From Craspedostauros australis (lineage: Eukaryota), in NCBI GenBank assembly GCA_030167865.1, contig JALAGF010005657.1:1-64000 (forward strand): DNA of 64,000 nt, in the 5' to 3' direction. This document shows, one piece after another, positions 31,057-42,567 of this stretch (position 1 is the first letter of the stretch; every line of letters begins with the position of its first letter). The translations under genes and the position numbers were made by a program. A model generated the notes under the pieces. It was given only the letters and a program-made list of their open reading frames with translations. It ran no database searches and was not told the origin of the DNA.

Positions 31057-32694
31057 ATGACCGAAACACACCATAATCTCCACAAACCACAACACACGAT
31101 CGGGAATGACACAATCTCGGGTGGCCTTGGTCAGGAACGCACAGTCTCGATGAGACAGCTGACGCATTCGAGGCATGTAAGCAATGGCAATGGGACTCGA
31201 CGGCACTACGATGTCCGGACTGTGAAAAAGGAAGGCAGGGGCGCAAGGCTCGGCTTCATCCGCTGCAGGAGCAGGTGCTGCCTCACGGCGTTGCCTGTGT
31301 GTCTGCTCTCGTTCGCCGTGCTGAGCACGATTTCCTTCCACGGGATCATCGATGATCCGTTGCCGCCACATTCTCATGTCCTCCCTTTCCAACAAAGAAG
31401 TCGTGACGATGGCCCGAATGCGTTGACTTCCATTCCGGCTCCTTCGGAAGCAACACTCACTTCGCCTCAGTACGACTATATGAACAATGCCACGTTCTAC
31501 TGCGAGTGGAAGCACAAAGGGACGTTGAAGCAATGCTTTCGGATTATCCATCGCAGCTTCCAGAGGCACAGCATCGGGCGGAACCGCCCATGGATCTTCT
31601 TCGGCGACTCCACCATGAGACATCTGTTTGATGCCATCATTGCGGGCTTGCACGAGCAACCGCGACTCATGACGCCTCACGATCTGCTCGGAGATGGGTC
31701 GCTTTCTCGTGCAGCGCAGACGAACACAACGTTGTTGCGAAACAGCACGCACAGGTGCGGCTCGTTGGAATACTTTGGAATGCGCCCGCCCTCCGCAACC
31801 TCTGCGCTGGGTGGACAGGATGCGAAAGCAAGTGATGGCGATTTCCAAGGAGACTTTGGTCACGCTGACAGCAGAAACCCTGTGAAGTGGGTTCCACCTG
31901 ATCATTCGAAAGGAGAAGGACCGGTGGCGTTTGGCTTGCTGAATCCCTTCTGTTCCGATGCCGCCAAATGCTTCAATCAGCAGCATCTTGTGGAAGTCAA
32001 CGGCGCTGGGACGATCGCCGATAGCAGAAACGCTCGTGAAATCGCATCTTTGCGATCGCCAGCATCGACAACGATGGAGTTCCTGACTGTGGAATTTGCA
32101 TTGGATGTTGCAGTGCCAACCAGCACATCGCGGACGACGCAGGAAACTGCCATCCAGTATCTCCAAAGACAGCGGCAGCAACATCCAAGAGAAGGCGACC
32201 ATCGGCAACTCGCTGCGTCTGCGATTTGCGTCGTCAATACTGGCACTCATGACATGGCGATTCCCAACATGACGACTGAGTTGTACACTAGCAATGTGCA
32301 ACAGTACTGGAAGCAACTGTTGTCGCCGGTCCCAGCGTTGACAGCGAATACTGACAGCATCACTGATGGTATTGGAACTGAGCCACCGATCTGCGAACAT
32401 ATCGTTTGGATTTCGCTTTCGTACACCAAGAATCAGCCGTCAAGACCCCAGCGGAATTGGAAGTTGAAGGCGTGGAATGACGCATTGATGACGATCCTTT
32501 CATCTCCCGCAGAGCACAATGGCAACGGATTGTCGGCATCATTCTTGAGGGATCACGTCGCTTTCGTGGATGTTTGGCACAAGTCATCCAAAACGAAACA
32601 TGTGGACAATGTCCATCTGGTCCCATCGGAGTACTACATCCCCCTCGCCGACCTCTTCGTCAACCTCACACTCGCCACTGCCTTGGCAGAGTAA
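31057..32694 (+). CDS. Type II membrane SGNH/PC-esterase-like protein (putative polysaccharide O-acyltransferase/esterase)
   Basis: N-terminal TM helix; WIFFGDSTMR (GDS), VVNTGTHD, IVWIS, FVDVW and DNVH (DxxH) motifs. Confidence 0.78.
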   Translation: MTETHHNLHKPQHTIGNDTISGGLGQERTVSMRQLTHSRHVSNGNGTRRHYDVRTVKKEGRGARLGFIRCRSRCCLTALPVCLLSFAVLSTISFHGIIDDPLPPHSHVLPFQQRSRDDGPNALTSIPAPSEATLTSPQYDYMNNATFYCEWKHKGTLKQCFRIIHRSFQRHSIGRNRPWIFFGDSTMRHLFDAIIAGLHEQPRLMTPHDLLGDGSLSRAAQTNTTLLRNSTHRCGSLEYFGMRPPSATSALGGQDAKASDGDFQGDFGHADSRNPVKWVPPDHSKGEGPVAFGLLNPFCSDAAKCFNQQHLVEVNGAGTIADSRNAREIASLRSPASTTMEFLTVEFALDVAVPTSTSRTTQETAIQYLQRQRQQHPREGDHRQLAASAICVVNTGTHDMAIPNMTTELYTSNVQQYWKQLLSPVPALTANTDSITDGIGTEPPICEHIVWISLSYTKNQPSRPQRNWKLKAWNDALMTILSSPAEHNGNGLSASFLRDHVAFVDVWHKSSKTKHVDNVHLVPSEYYIPLADLFVNLTLATALAE

Positions 32695-33084
32695 GATCAA
32701 CTTCATGTTGGCGTCACTACCAATCCAGCGGTACTCCAACCACTGTGCTCCACTCTGTACCGCCCTGTGCATACTACGAATGTATGGTAATGGCAGAAGT
32801 GCATCATCTATTATTCTCTAGAGAGTCAGGAGATGGCAACATCCTTTCTTCGCATCTCCGGTCTAATGTTGGTGTTTGGTGTGTTTCTTCCTTCTTTGCC
32901 GCATCATCTTCAAGCATGGCACTCTGTACTCGTATTTCACATGCTCATCCAGAGTCGACTATCGTTTCAAAAGCGAAGGAGCGAACCACGTATGGTCCAG
33001 CGCCCTCTTCCGATTACCACAGCTATGGTGGTGCACGCGTCTGGCATGAGACGAAGATGTGCATCGTCACCAGCGCATGACGGC

Positions 33085-35715
33085 TTATGCCGATCCGGCC
33101 GGTTGTGCCCCTTGGTGAGATTCCATGATGCTGGTGGGAGACTCAGGGATCTTACCTGCCTCTCCTTGCTGCAGATCCGCATCGGGGACAGGGGAGGACC
33201 GAGCATCGGTCTTGCCCTCGCTGCGCTGCTGCTCAGCGGTGTTCTTATTCGAAAGATGCTGCGCCTGGATGGCCGTGAGCGCGATGGTGTATACGATGTC
33301 CTCGACACGAGCTCCACGGCTGAGATCGTTGACGGGACGCTTGAGGCCCTGCAGCATGGGACCGATGGCCACCACGTCGGCAGTACGCTGGACGGCCTTG
33401 TAGGTCGTGTTGCCGGTGTTGAGATCTGGGAAGATCAGCACGGTGGCCTTGCCTGCTACCTGCGAATCTGGAGCCTTGCTCTTCGCCACATCCATCGAAC
33501 TGGCGGCATCGTACTGCAGGGGGCCGTCCATCAGCAAGTCGGGACGGCGGGCCTTGGCGAGCGCGGTGGCCTTGCGCACCTTGTCGACATTGTTGCCGCG
33601 TCCGCTGGTTCCGGTGCTGTAGGAGATCAGGGCAACGCGAGGATCGATGCCAAAGGCCTCGGCAGATTCCGAGCTTTGGAGGGCGATATCGGCAAGCTGC
33701 TCGGCCGTCGGATCAGGGTTGATCGCGCAATCGCCGTAAATCAAGACCTGATCGGGCAGGCACATGAAGAAGATGGATGAGACGATGCTGGCGGAGTCGG
33801 TCGTCTTGATCAGCTGGAGGGCCGGGCGGACGGTGTTGGCGGTGGAATGGTTGGCACCGGAGACCAGTCCATCCACATGCCCATCGGCCAGCATCATGGT
33901 GCCGAGGACAGTGACGTCTTCCAGCTGGTTCATTGCGGACGGCGGTGTCATCCCCTTGTGCTTTCGCAACTCCACCATGCTGTCCACATACTTCTGCCGG
34001 ATCTCCACGCTGGGAGGAAGGATCTCCAGATCGCTGGGGAGAGTCAAGCCCTGGGCTTGCGCAACCCTCGCGATTTCGTCTGGATCTCCAAGCAGGACGC
34101 ATTGGGCGATGCTTCGCTGGTGCGTCAGGCACGCGGCCTTGATGATGCGGGGTTCCTCACCCTCTGGCAGAACGATGCGTTGCGGCCGGGCACGCGCCTG
34201 CGTGACAAGACGGTGCAAGAAGGCAGGCGGGGACATGCGCGGCTGCCGAAGCATGAGCTTGCGGTAGGACTGCGATTGGAACAGCTGCTCGAATGGGCCT
34301 TCGAGGTGATCGGCGATGGAGTTCATCACGTTGCGCATGCGCACGATGTCATCCGGCGGCACAGACGGGTCGACGCTGCCCAGAAGAGCAGAAACGGCGA
34401 AGGAATCCTGCTCGGTGGACAGGATCGGGAGGCCGGTCTTGAATGCGGTCTCGCACAGGTTCCAGATGCTGGGGCTTGGGGAGATGCCTCCGGTAAGCAC
34501 CACGCCTGCCAAGGGCGTTCCGTTGAGCGCTGCCATGCATGCCGCAATGAGCACATCGTCGCGGTCGCCTGGCGTGAGGATGAGAGTGTTGGGCTGCGTG
34601 AGCCTGTGCGCCATGTTCTTGAGGGTCATCGCCACGACGCAGATTTGGGACACGCGGCGGTTGCGGATGTCGCCCTCGTTGAGGATCGTTGCCCTCAGGT
34701 GCTGCTGCACATCGACGGTTCTGGGGTTCGTGAGATTCTCCTTGAAGGGGATCGCACCGAGCAATCGGAACTTGGGGGTGAAGAACGGGCACCGGGCCTG
34801 GATGCGGTCGGACGTCCAGAACTTGGAAAATCGGCGCCTGCCTGGGATGCTGGGCATGCTGGGGTCGACGAGGCTGGGCCTTGGGGTCTTGGCGCAGAAT
34901 GGTGAACAGCGACTGGAGAGCTCTTCCTCTTGGACGGGATCCTTCAGCCCGTTGAGGATGCACCCAAGCACGCGGGGATCCTCCAGACCCCCATAGTGCT
35001 GTGCGATCTGCTCGAGGCGTTCTCTGCAGCGCCTCCACCCGTTCTGTTCTGGGTCTTCGTCGCTGGATTCGCTGGACTCAGTATCGAGCGACGACAGGCT
35101 GGCCCTGGAGTTGCATCTTGGGGGCTGCGCCGAGGGGTCCATGGTGGACACGATGATCACCTCGGCGTCGAGGGCACGCACGACGGCGTGGTTCCATTCC
35201 TCGAGCTCTGGGTGATGGGCGGTGGGTTGCAGGCCTTCGACGATGGCGACATCGCATATCTGCTGGATGTCCTGGAACGAGGCTACGATCTTTTGGAGCA
35301 GCTCGTCGCGACGGCTCGCATCCCACCACAGTTCTTCCGCCTCCTCGAACGGCATGGGGGCTGGGCTTGGGATTCCCAGCTTCGCGATCTTGCGACAAAA
35401 GTGGGTGGAGGTCTCTTCGTTGGGCGCGGCGTTGGCAGCGCTTTGCTTCGCAGTGTCAGCTCCGACGGACTTGGTCACATCGTCTCGAGGAGGCGAGTTG
35501 CGGCGACGATGGTGGCGATGGTTCGAGTGATGCTCAGGTGGCTGGGCCACTGGCTTCCAGAATCCGACGCGGATTCCTTTACGGTCAAGGGCGTGCAGCA
35601 ACCCGAGAGACACGGACGTCAACCCGATGGATGGTCCGGTCGGCACGAGGTAGAGGCTTTCGGCACCGCCATTGCGCGAGTGGTTGCTATCATGCTTGGG
35701 CTCTTCGGTCGTCAT
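33085..35715 (-). CDS. pta: Phosphate acetyltransferase, long class II form (AAA_26-like + DRTGG + PTA_PTB)
   Basis: LVPTGPSIGLTSVSLGL…KPVAQP, TPGDRDDV, RIVLPEGEEPR, DGLVSGANHSTANTVRPALQLIKT and FPDLNTGNTTYKAVQR…GPMLQGLKRPVNDLSRG. Confidence 0.97.
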   Translation of the reverse strand: MTTEEPKHDSNHSRNGGAESLYLVPTGPSIGLTSVSLGLLHALDRKGIRVGFWKPVAQPPEHHSNHRHHRRRNSPPRDDVTKSVGADTAKQSAANAAPNEETSTHFCRKIAKLGIPSPAPMPFEEAEELWWDASRRDELLQKIVASFQDIQQICDVAIVEGLQPTAHHPELEEWNHAVVRALDAEVIIVSTMDPSAQPPRCNSRASLSSLDTESSESSDEDPEQNGWRRCRERLEQIAQHYGGLEDPRVLGCILNGLKDPVQEEELSSRCSPFCAKTPRPSLVDPSMPSIPGRRRFSKFWTSDRIQARCPFFTPKFRLLGAIPFKENLTNPRTVDVQQHLRATILNEGDIRNRRVSQICVVAMTLKNMAHRLTQPNTLILTPGDRDDVLIAACMAALNGTPLAGVVLTGGISPSPSIWNLCETAFKTGLPILSTEQDSFAVSALLGSVDPSVPPDDIVRMRNVMNSIADHLEGPFEQLFQSQSYRKLMLRQPRMSPPAFLHRLVTQARARPQRIVLPEGEEPRIIKAACLTHQRSIAQCVLLGDPDEIARVAQAQGLTLPSDLEILPPSVEIRQKYVDSMVELRKHKGMTPPSAMNQLEDVTVLGTMMLADGHVDGLVSGANHSTANTVRPALQLIKTTDSASIVSSIFFMCLPDQVLIYGDCAINPDPTAEQLADIALQSSESAEAFGIDPRVALISYSTGTSGRGNNVDKVRKATALAKARRPDLLMDGPLQYDAASSMDVAKSKAPDSQVAGKATVLIFPDLNTGNTTYKAVQRTADVVAIGPMLQGLKRPVNDLSRGARVEDIVYTIALTAIQAQHLSNKNTAEQQRSEGKTDARSSPVPDADLQQGEAGKIPESPTSIMESHQGAQPAGSA

Positions 35716-36975
35716 GCTGTCTGTATCAGTATGGTGTTACCTTGGTGTAATGTGAATGATGGTGCTGTTTGTTCAGCGTAAGTGGTTGTTCTCGGTGGGA
35801 TTGATTGAGAAACCTGGTTGGCAATTTTGTGGGCATCGAGTGGATTGCATTGCATCGCGTCGCATTCCAAATGTTGAAATAGTGAAGAACAAACACGTTG
35901 GTCAACAGTACGACTAAGAGCTACGAGTACGAGGACGGTGAGGCGATGTGAGGCAACGCAAGGGGGACAGAGAAAGGGAAGCGGAGAAGGAACCATGCCA
36001 ACAGACAGAGCGCAGCCACAAGATCAACAACCTCAACATCATCGACATCAACAAAAGCAGTAGGCGCAGAGTGGAGAATCATGAGGAAGCATCCGTTGGC
36101 TGTTGCGGCGTCATCGGAGGGAATTGACCCTGTTCGGTTTCGCGCCGAAATGAGAACACCGTTTCCTCCATGGGCTTCGCGTGTCTTTCTCCACCGGCCT
36201 TTCGCGGGTTTGAGAAATTCCTTCGCGCCAAAAGGAGCCAACAAGCAAGAGTGAAGATTCTGCTGTTCTCGACATCGCGTCTCCGCACCCCTTCGACCAT
36301 CCAATGATTCACGGGGAGAACGAGCCACAGCCACCGAGGCGAAAGGAACAGGAACAGGAACAAGAACTGGCGTTGCTCGCATGGCGCGAGTGATCATCGA
36401 AGTGGAGAAATAGAATCTTATGGGAACAAGAACCGCAACGGTGGGATTGGCGATGAGATCGCCAGTGACAGCGACGTCGTCACTCATTTCTCTCATTCGG
36501 TTGCGCACAACAATGTTCCTTGCGGACACAAATTTCCATCGAGAAGAGGAATCAATGGCTGCCGTGACCTATCTGTACCATAGAGTAGCTCGTGCATCAG
36601 AGCACACAGCAGTCACAACAACGGCTCCGGCAACAAGAGCAGAAGCACGCGAAGATACTATTCTGCGAACACATGTGAGAGAAGTATGAATTTCGTGGGG
36701 ATGGAACTGCTCTATTCGTAGACTATGGTGATGCGTAAAGGACGTCCACGCCTTGGCCTTCCTGAAGTGCCAGAGCGCCACGAGTAGCTTGTGCGAGGTA
36801 CATGCGATGTAGAAATGACTGGTTGCCCCATCATCCCCCGTTTGCGTGCTTGAGGGTTCTTCTTTCTTTCGTGAGAAAGCAGACGAATTCCTCGCTGTCC
36901 ACAGAGAAGGACAGAACCCTGCGGAGTCAAGAATCTACCCAGGTTCATGGCCCAGTTCTCTTCGTGTTTTGAGCA

Positions 36976-38631
36976 TCACCTTCTCCTGCTGCGTTTGGTC
37001 TTGCGTTTTGCATGTGCCGTGTTTGCCGCAGGGCGTTGCAGCTTGGAATATCTGGTTGTTGCCAGGTATCGGTACAGGTTGGCACCGCCCGATGATGATG
37101 ATACATCCAGCGATGCGTTGAGCTGCTCGTATTCGGTTGGCACTGGAAACTTCGCAACGTATTCGTCCACCTTGTCCTCGTTGGTCCAGTCGAGCTTCCA
37201 GATCGGGTCCTTGCCTGACCACAGATCATCCAGCCTCAGAGAGCGGCGGGTGACTTCGTCCTGGATGTGCACTATGAAGTTGCCGCAATCCACCACTCGC
37301 CACGTTTCCCTCAATGATGGCGTGCCGGAAATCCCGGCCTTCCTCATGTTCTTCGGAGCGCTGGCAATGCCGACGTCTCTCAACTCGTACAGCTTCCGCA
37401 ATTCAAGCTGGTGAGCGATCGCCTCACCCAGCGTAATGATTTGATACGACGAGGTCGATGTGCACATGATCATGCCTTCTGTGATGCCGCCACCCATTCG
37501 TGGTGCGTCTGGATCATCCATGATCACGTTGATGTCGATCGCCCCCAGCGCGGTGAGGATCTGCACGATCTCATCTCCCGTCAAGAAGGTGTGCTCCTTC
37601 ACAGGAATGTCCAGGCCTTGCGTCAACGAACTTTCCTGCTCCTTCAGCTTCTGTCTGCGAAGCTGCAGCCAGTCCACTGGCTCATCAGTGCCATCGTCTT
37701 CAATGCTATCATTCACTTCCGGCGCACTCGTACCATCGTCATCGTCTTCCAGGCCGATGTCCATGTCTCCAGCTGTGGTCACGACCGCCTCCTCCTCTTC
37801 CAAACGGGACAGAATGGCCTCTTCTTGCAGCTTCTCCTCGGCCTCGAATTCCTGTAGGGCTTCCTCGTATCGCTTGAGTTGATCTGGTGTGGGATCGCCG
37901 CCACTCCTCTCCTCGATTTCGGCGACGATAGCGTTCATTACACCCTCCTTCGCTTTCAGCCGTTCCCATTCTTCGTCCGTTTGCAACATTGCATCCCTGT
38001 ATTCCGATTCATCTATGTCTGCCATCTCGATGTCGCCGTATTCATCGTCGTCATCATCATCATCGCTGTCATCATCGTAGTCTGCGTCACTGTCCGTATC
38101 GACATCGTGCAAATCGAGTTCCTTGGATCCCTCAGATTGGTTGACCCTAACTTGTTCCTCCAAATCTCGCGAGCCATCTGTTTGTGCGCTTTCGTCGTTT
38201 TTACCTTGAGTATCACTGGCATCATCGACGATGGATTGAGATGATGCGCCTACTTGGTAAAGCTTCGCTTGACCGCGGTCGCCACCAAGAGGCCGATCTG
38301 GTGGGACCCATTCCTCGCTGTCGACCGAGACGTCACCGCCCTCATCTTCGCTCGATGTTGGCTTCGAAGGCAGCTTCTGTTCGGTCGAGGATGATGGCGA
38401 TGACGACGACGAAGACAGCAGCCGGCAGCCTGCCAACAAGACTCCGTCTTGGGAAAACGGAGAGTGACAATTCCCCAGTTCAGGAGCTCTGCACGAGAAA
38501 GCCGCAAGTGACCTGCCGAACGAAACATGGTGCACCAAATGAGAGCATTCTCTTTGTGAAGTTAATGACGGCGCTGATGATCTCGGGAGGAGGCGACCAG
38601 AGATCCGCTTGGTTTGAAGGACTCGGCGCAT
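36976..38631 (-). CDS. Ribosomal silencing factor RsfS/Iojap/MALSU1-like protein, probably mitochondrial
   Basis: C-terminal WRVVDCGNFIVHIQDEVTRRSLRLDDLW; R/S-rich transit peptide from MRRVLQ (38631); long acidic linker. Confidence 0.85.
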   Translation of the reverse strand: MRRVLQTKRISGRLLPRSSAPSLTSQRECSHLVHHVSFGRSLAAFSCRAPELGNCHSPFSQDGVLLAGCRLLSSSSSSPSSSTEQKLPSKPTSSEDEGGDVSVDSEEWVPPDRPLGGDRGQAKLYQVGASSQSIVDDASDTQGKNDESAQTDGSRDLEEQVRVNQSEGSKELDLHDVDTDSDADYDDDSDDDDDDDEYGDIEMADIDESEYRDAMLQTDEEWERLKAKEGVMNAIVAEIEERSGGDPTPDQLKRYEEALQEFEAEEKLQEEAILSRLEEEEAVVTTAGDMDIGLEDDDDGTSAPEVNDSIEDDGTDEPVDWLQLRRQKLKEQESSLTQGLDIPVKEHTFLTGDEIVQILTALGAIDINVIMDDPDAPRMGGGITEGMIMCTSTSSYQIITLGEAIAHQLELRKLYELRDVGIASAPKNMRKAGISGTPSLRETWRVVDCGNFIVHIQDEVTRRSLRLDDLWSGKDPIWKLDWTNEDKVDEYVAKFPVPTEYEQLNASLDVSSSSGGANLYRYLATTRYSKLQRPAANTAHAKRKTKRSRRR

Positions 38632-40025
38632 GGTGTGGAATGCAATCGGCTGTGTCAGAAGCTTGAGAGCCAACAAGGATCCACCGCAGGGGCATGAGAG
38701 CGCACAAGATGGCCGTTGTGTTCGATTTGAGTGCGGGATGTCGTCATGGCGAGAAGGCAGGTTTTGCGATTGTCGTTGTTGTTCTGGTGACGCCTGATTT
38801 CGCGCCGAATTTCTGTGGCGGTTCTTGTCTCGGGTTTGATGGGTCCAAGTGGTCCAAGATGTTGCTTTCAAAGAGACGTACAACAGACAGACTAAAGTAT
38901 GTGATTCTAAATAGAGCATTGTGATACCACGGCATCTGCTTCACGGATTTGTGCGGAATGTTGGTTTCTGCCCTCAACTGCTGCCTTGTCTGATTCTCAC
39001 TCCTCATGTGATCTTCGGGAACAACTTGACTGTGCGACTTCATTGTCGTATCCATCAGCATCCTTGCTGATGCTGGCGCTGATGTCGTGCTTGCGTTTAT
39101 GGTTAGATCCATCTGCTTTCTTCTCCGCATCGCGAAAGCTGTTTTGTTGCTGCGTCGGCAAAATGTGACCATCTGTTTCTGGCGTGTCGAATTTTTGACG
39201 TGGAATTTCGAACTTGTTTTGGCGTGGCGCGGAGGCTGACGGTGCCACGGAGACCCATGCTTCTGAATGCAAGATGGGCGATGAACAATCATCGTGGGCG
39301 TGTGAAAGAAAGTGAAGGGCCGAGTGTTTGTCATAAAATTGCAAGAAGCAGGCACGCGGGTGAACAAAATCATTTTCGCAAACCGTCGACACCACAAATT
39401 CATTGCTGATCGAGGATTCGTTCGTTTGGTGGGGTGAGAGCGCCGTGGCCATTTTGATCAGATGAGATCACGGGCATCTCACCTTCGCAGTCCGACAACG
39501 CCCCGGCCAGCCAACCAGCCAGTCAGTCATTCACCCCTCCATCCCGCAAAGAGCGAGGCGTCCCAATCTGCTTTGATACCGTCCGGCAGCTGTTGGTCGT
39601 TGCGCCCAAGAATGTGAATACGTCGGCGGCTGCGTTCCAGTTTCTACAGGCTTTGATCGCATAAATATCAACCGTGCTGTTTGCATCATTCGAGGCAGAG
39701 CCACGCAAGCTGCAGAGCACCGGCTCCAGACGTCACGGTTGAAGCATCAGTGGGTGAACCCATAGGCTCCGTGCTGTAAGTGCCCTGACTGTCGGCAACC
39801 TTGGAGGGGCGGCGGTGGATGGCCCTCCGGTCTGCGGGTGCCGCACATCCACATCCCCGGTCGTGCGCCCGCTTCGTACCTTCCCATATACTTGTATAAT
39901 ACTTGTACATGTGCTCGTTCTTGTATTTGCTCCCATTATACATGCGATGGCTTTTCCTTGATGCTCGCATCCATGCACACGTGCGTATTCACGGGCTCAC
40001 CCATAACCTCGTTCGTCTCCATTAC

Positions 40026-40061
<36 letters not shown>

Positions 40062-40106
40062 TTTCCACTTTCATCTTTACTTGCACCTTCATCTCTGTCC
40101 ACATTT

Positions 40107-41589
40107 TCATGCGTTAGAAACGCCGAGGTCGACAACGGGGCGCAAGTACACGATGTAGTTTACGACTTCCAGGGAGGGCGTCGATGATGGCTTGTCGAGG
40201 CAGATCTTTTGTTTCACGGGGTGGACCTTGACGGCGCACCATACTATCTGTGGTGTCATGGGCTGTTGAATGTTGATTCTGCTGCTACTCATGGTGAGGT
40301 TGATGTTGTGAGCAATCGCTCTGCGCAAACATCTCACTTTCAGCTGCGGCTTTCCGTTGAAGAATTCGTCATTCAGTTTCATGAGCGTGGGGTGAGACAA
40401 CAGAGTCGGCGTCCATGGGGTGTTCGGCAGCAAGTAATCGAAGATGCTGTTGCCCAATGGACTTTCACCAAGCAGATCCATGACGTTCCCACTCATTCGC
40501 ACAATACGGTATGGGAAGGATGTCAGGGTCACCACTCTATTGTACATCGGAAATGGGCAGAGCGTGTGTTGCACAAGCACAGCAAGCGACGAATCATCGA
40601 GCACGAGTATGAGTAGGTATGGAACAAAGCACGAAACAGAGATTGTTGAATGGATTGTTCGAGCAGAGAGATACAACAAGTTTGTGAGTACAACCGGTGG
40701 GGGTTCATCACAGTGAAGACTTGCAGTCTGCGATCGACAAGAAAAGCCAAGCTTTCTCCTGGCACTAAAGTGTGGCAACTCACGTTGGACATCCTGATCC
40801 AGGGAACTGAGCCTCGTCGAAATGTTCGTTGCATGTTGGGTCTCCGGTGTTGGGACCTTGCGTTGTTGCGATGCCATTGATATCCGCCGAGTGCAGAGCC
40901 AGGGTTGATGGAGCAAGCACCTTTTCAGCCTGCTGCTTCAGCTGGGCCGTCGCAACATGGACTTGGTATTGCCTCTGCAACGCCGACAACGCAGATGTCT
41001 GAGGCTCTGCCGAAGGCGCTACCGTTTCGGAATGTGATTCGAGAGATGTGGTCGGCACATGTGTCACATCATGATGCGATGAAGACGGTGTGATGGTGTG
41101 TTCATGAAGCGGCGGTGCCGGCGTTTGCATCCCACCGTTGCCTGCGCCCAAACTCATCGGCACGCAACGTGAATCGGCCGTGGCGCACGGTGTTGATGTC
41201 AGCGCCGCTTGACACCCACGAGGGAATTGCAATTGAGAACGGTCGGCATGTGAAGGGTGCTGGTGAAGTCGGTCTGAGGGGCGACTTGGGCACAGCCGGC
41301 ATAGAGAACCCGTGGGATGTTCTTGCTGCGTCGTTGGCTGCTCCAAGAGAGGGACACAAAGGTCGCAAATGATCTCCGCAACACCTCGGGTACCGGCGTC
41401 ATGATCGCCATCAACGGAGGTCGAAGCTGGCACGTGGTGGTGTTGTTGTTGCTGTCTCAATTGCGACCGAGGTGGTTGCCGTTGTTGGTGTGATGGTGGC
41501 GGCCGTTGGTCACCTGACCTTTGGCTCTGCCACCGGCCGAAACCGAGCGTACCGCCGATGTCACTTCCGGCGATGCTGTTGGGATTCAT
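40107..41589 (-). CDS. Protein with disordered Q/S/P-rich N-terminus and a degenerate PAS-like C-terminal domain, 2 exons (intron 40783-40537)
   Basis: AC|GTGAGT…AATAG|A splice joins the two ORFs in frame, giving …EAQFPGSGCPTVVTLTSFPYRIVRMSGNVMDLLG…CAVKVHPV…VVNYIVYL. Confidence 0.55.
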
Positions 41590-42567
41590 CGATGACGATT
41601 GTGGTGCCAAGCATGAATGTGGGATGGTGAAGGTGGGAGCAGCATCGATCGGTGTTCTCCGGCTTTTTGTTGATCAGATGTTGGCCTTCAGCGCTGTGCC
41701 CTCGGATGGACGAGGTCGGCGTGGAGATTGGGCAAAAAGACGCGCGATTTCACGAAACCTCGCAACGCGGCAACGACAAGGGACGAGACAAGGGGACGAG
41801 AGGTGAAGACAAGGAACCAAACGCAAAGACAGGATGAATTTGAATTTACTCGTACCGCGCATCTGTACCAATACGAGTACACGCACGAGTGCGACTTCTC
41901 CCATCAGAGAGGCACGCTGTGTTGCTGACCGTACTACTATTCAACGAGCAACATCAGACCAAGGGCGGTCAGCGTTGACAAACGTGGTGGCTTCCATCCA
42001 TGTTGTTGGAGTGGAAATGTTCGACACCAAAATGCCTTTGTGCGTACGCGGACGATCTGCGTGTGTGGACGACAAATTGGACAAGTCTTACTGCAAGTTG
42101 AAGCCACTACGCGGCAACATGTTCTTCGAACCAATGAACGATCGTATTTGATGATACGTGTTCTGCTGCGTTAGTGCGCATTTGCTCTGGATTTACTCGT
42201 ATCTGTGTCGTGTTCACTTCCCCAGATCTCCTCTATCCCCCAATCTAATACGTACTCGTATGTAACATAGCACGAGAGCCGTTGCTGAAAGTTTGAACTC
42301 ATTATATCATCTTCGAGACGATGACAAAATGGAGTGTATGATATGGTGCTCGTAGCAGAGCATAGACTCTATCTGCGCACGCAAGAAAGTACCATAAGCT
42401 CAGATTGCAAGATTCCAATTGCTGATCGACCGTCTAGGATGCCTGCCCTGCGAACGTTGGATGCTATTGTATTGCATTAAATCATCCTATTTGGACTTTT
42501 TTAATTACGGAGAGAATCGTCCCAGCCATCTCCTTCATCTACGTGTATTGGAATACTGTAGCTATAT

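Noticed and set aside
30874..32400. 508-aa minus-strand ORF
   Set aside because: Antisense shadow of the SGNH-like gene, which carries the real motifs.
33847..35781. Plus-strand ORFs of 352, 226 and 283 aa
   Set aside because: Antisense shadows of pta.
38997..39980. Short minus-strand ORFs upstream of RsfS
   Set aside because: No motif or convincing splice model.
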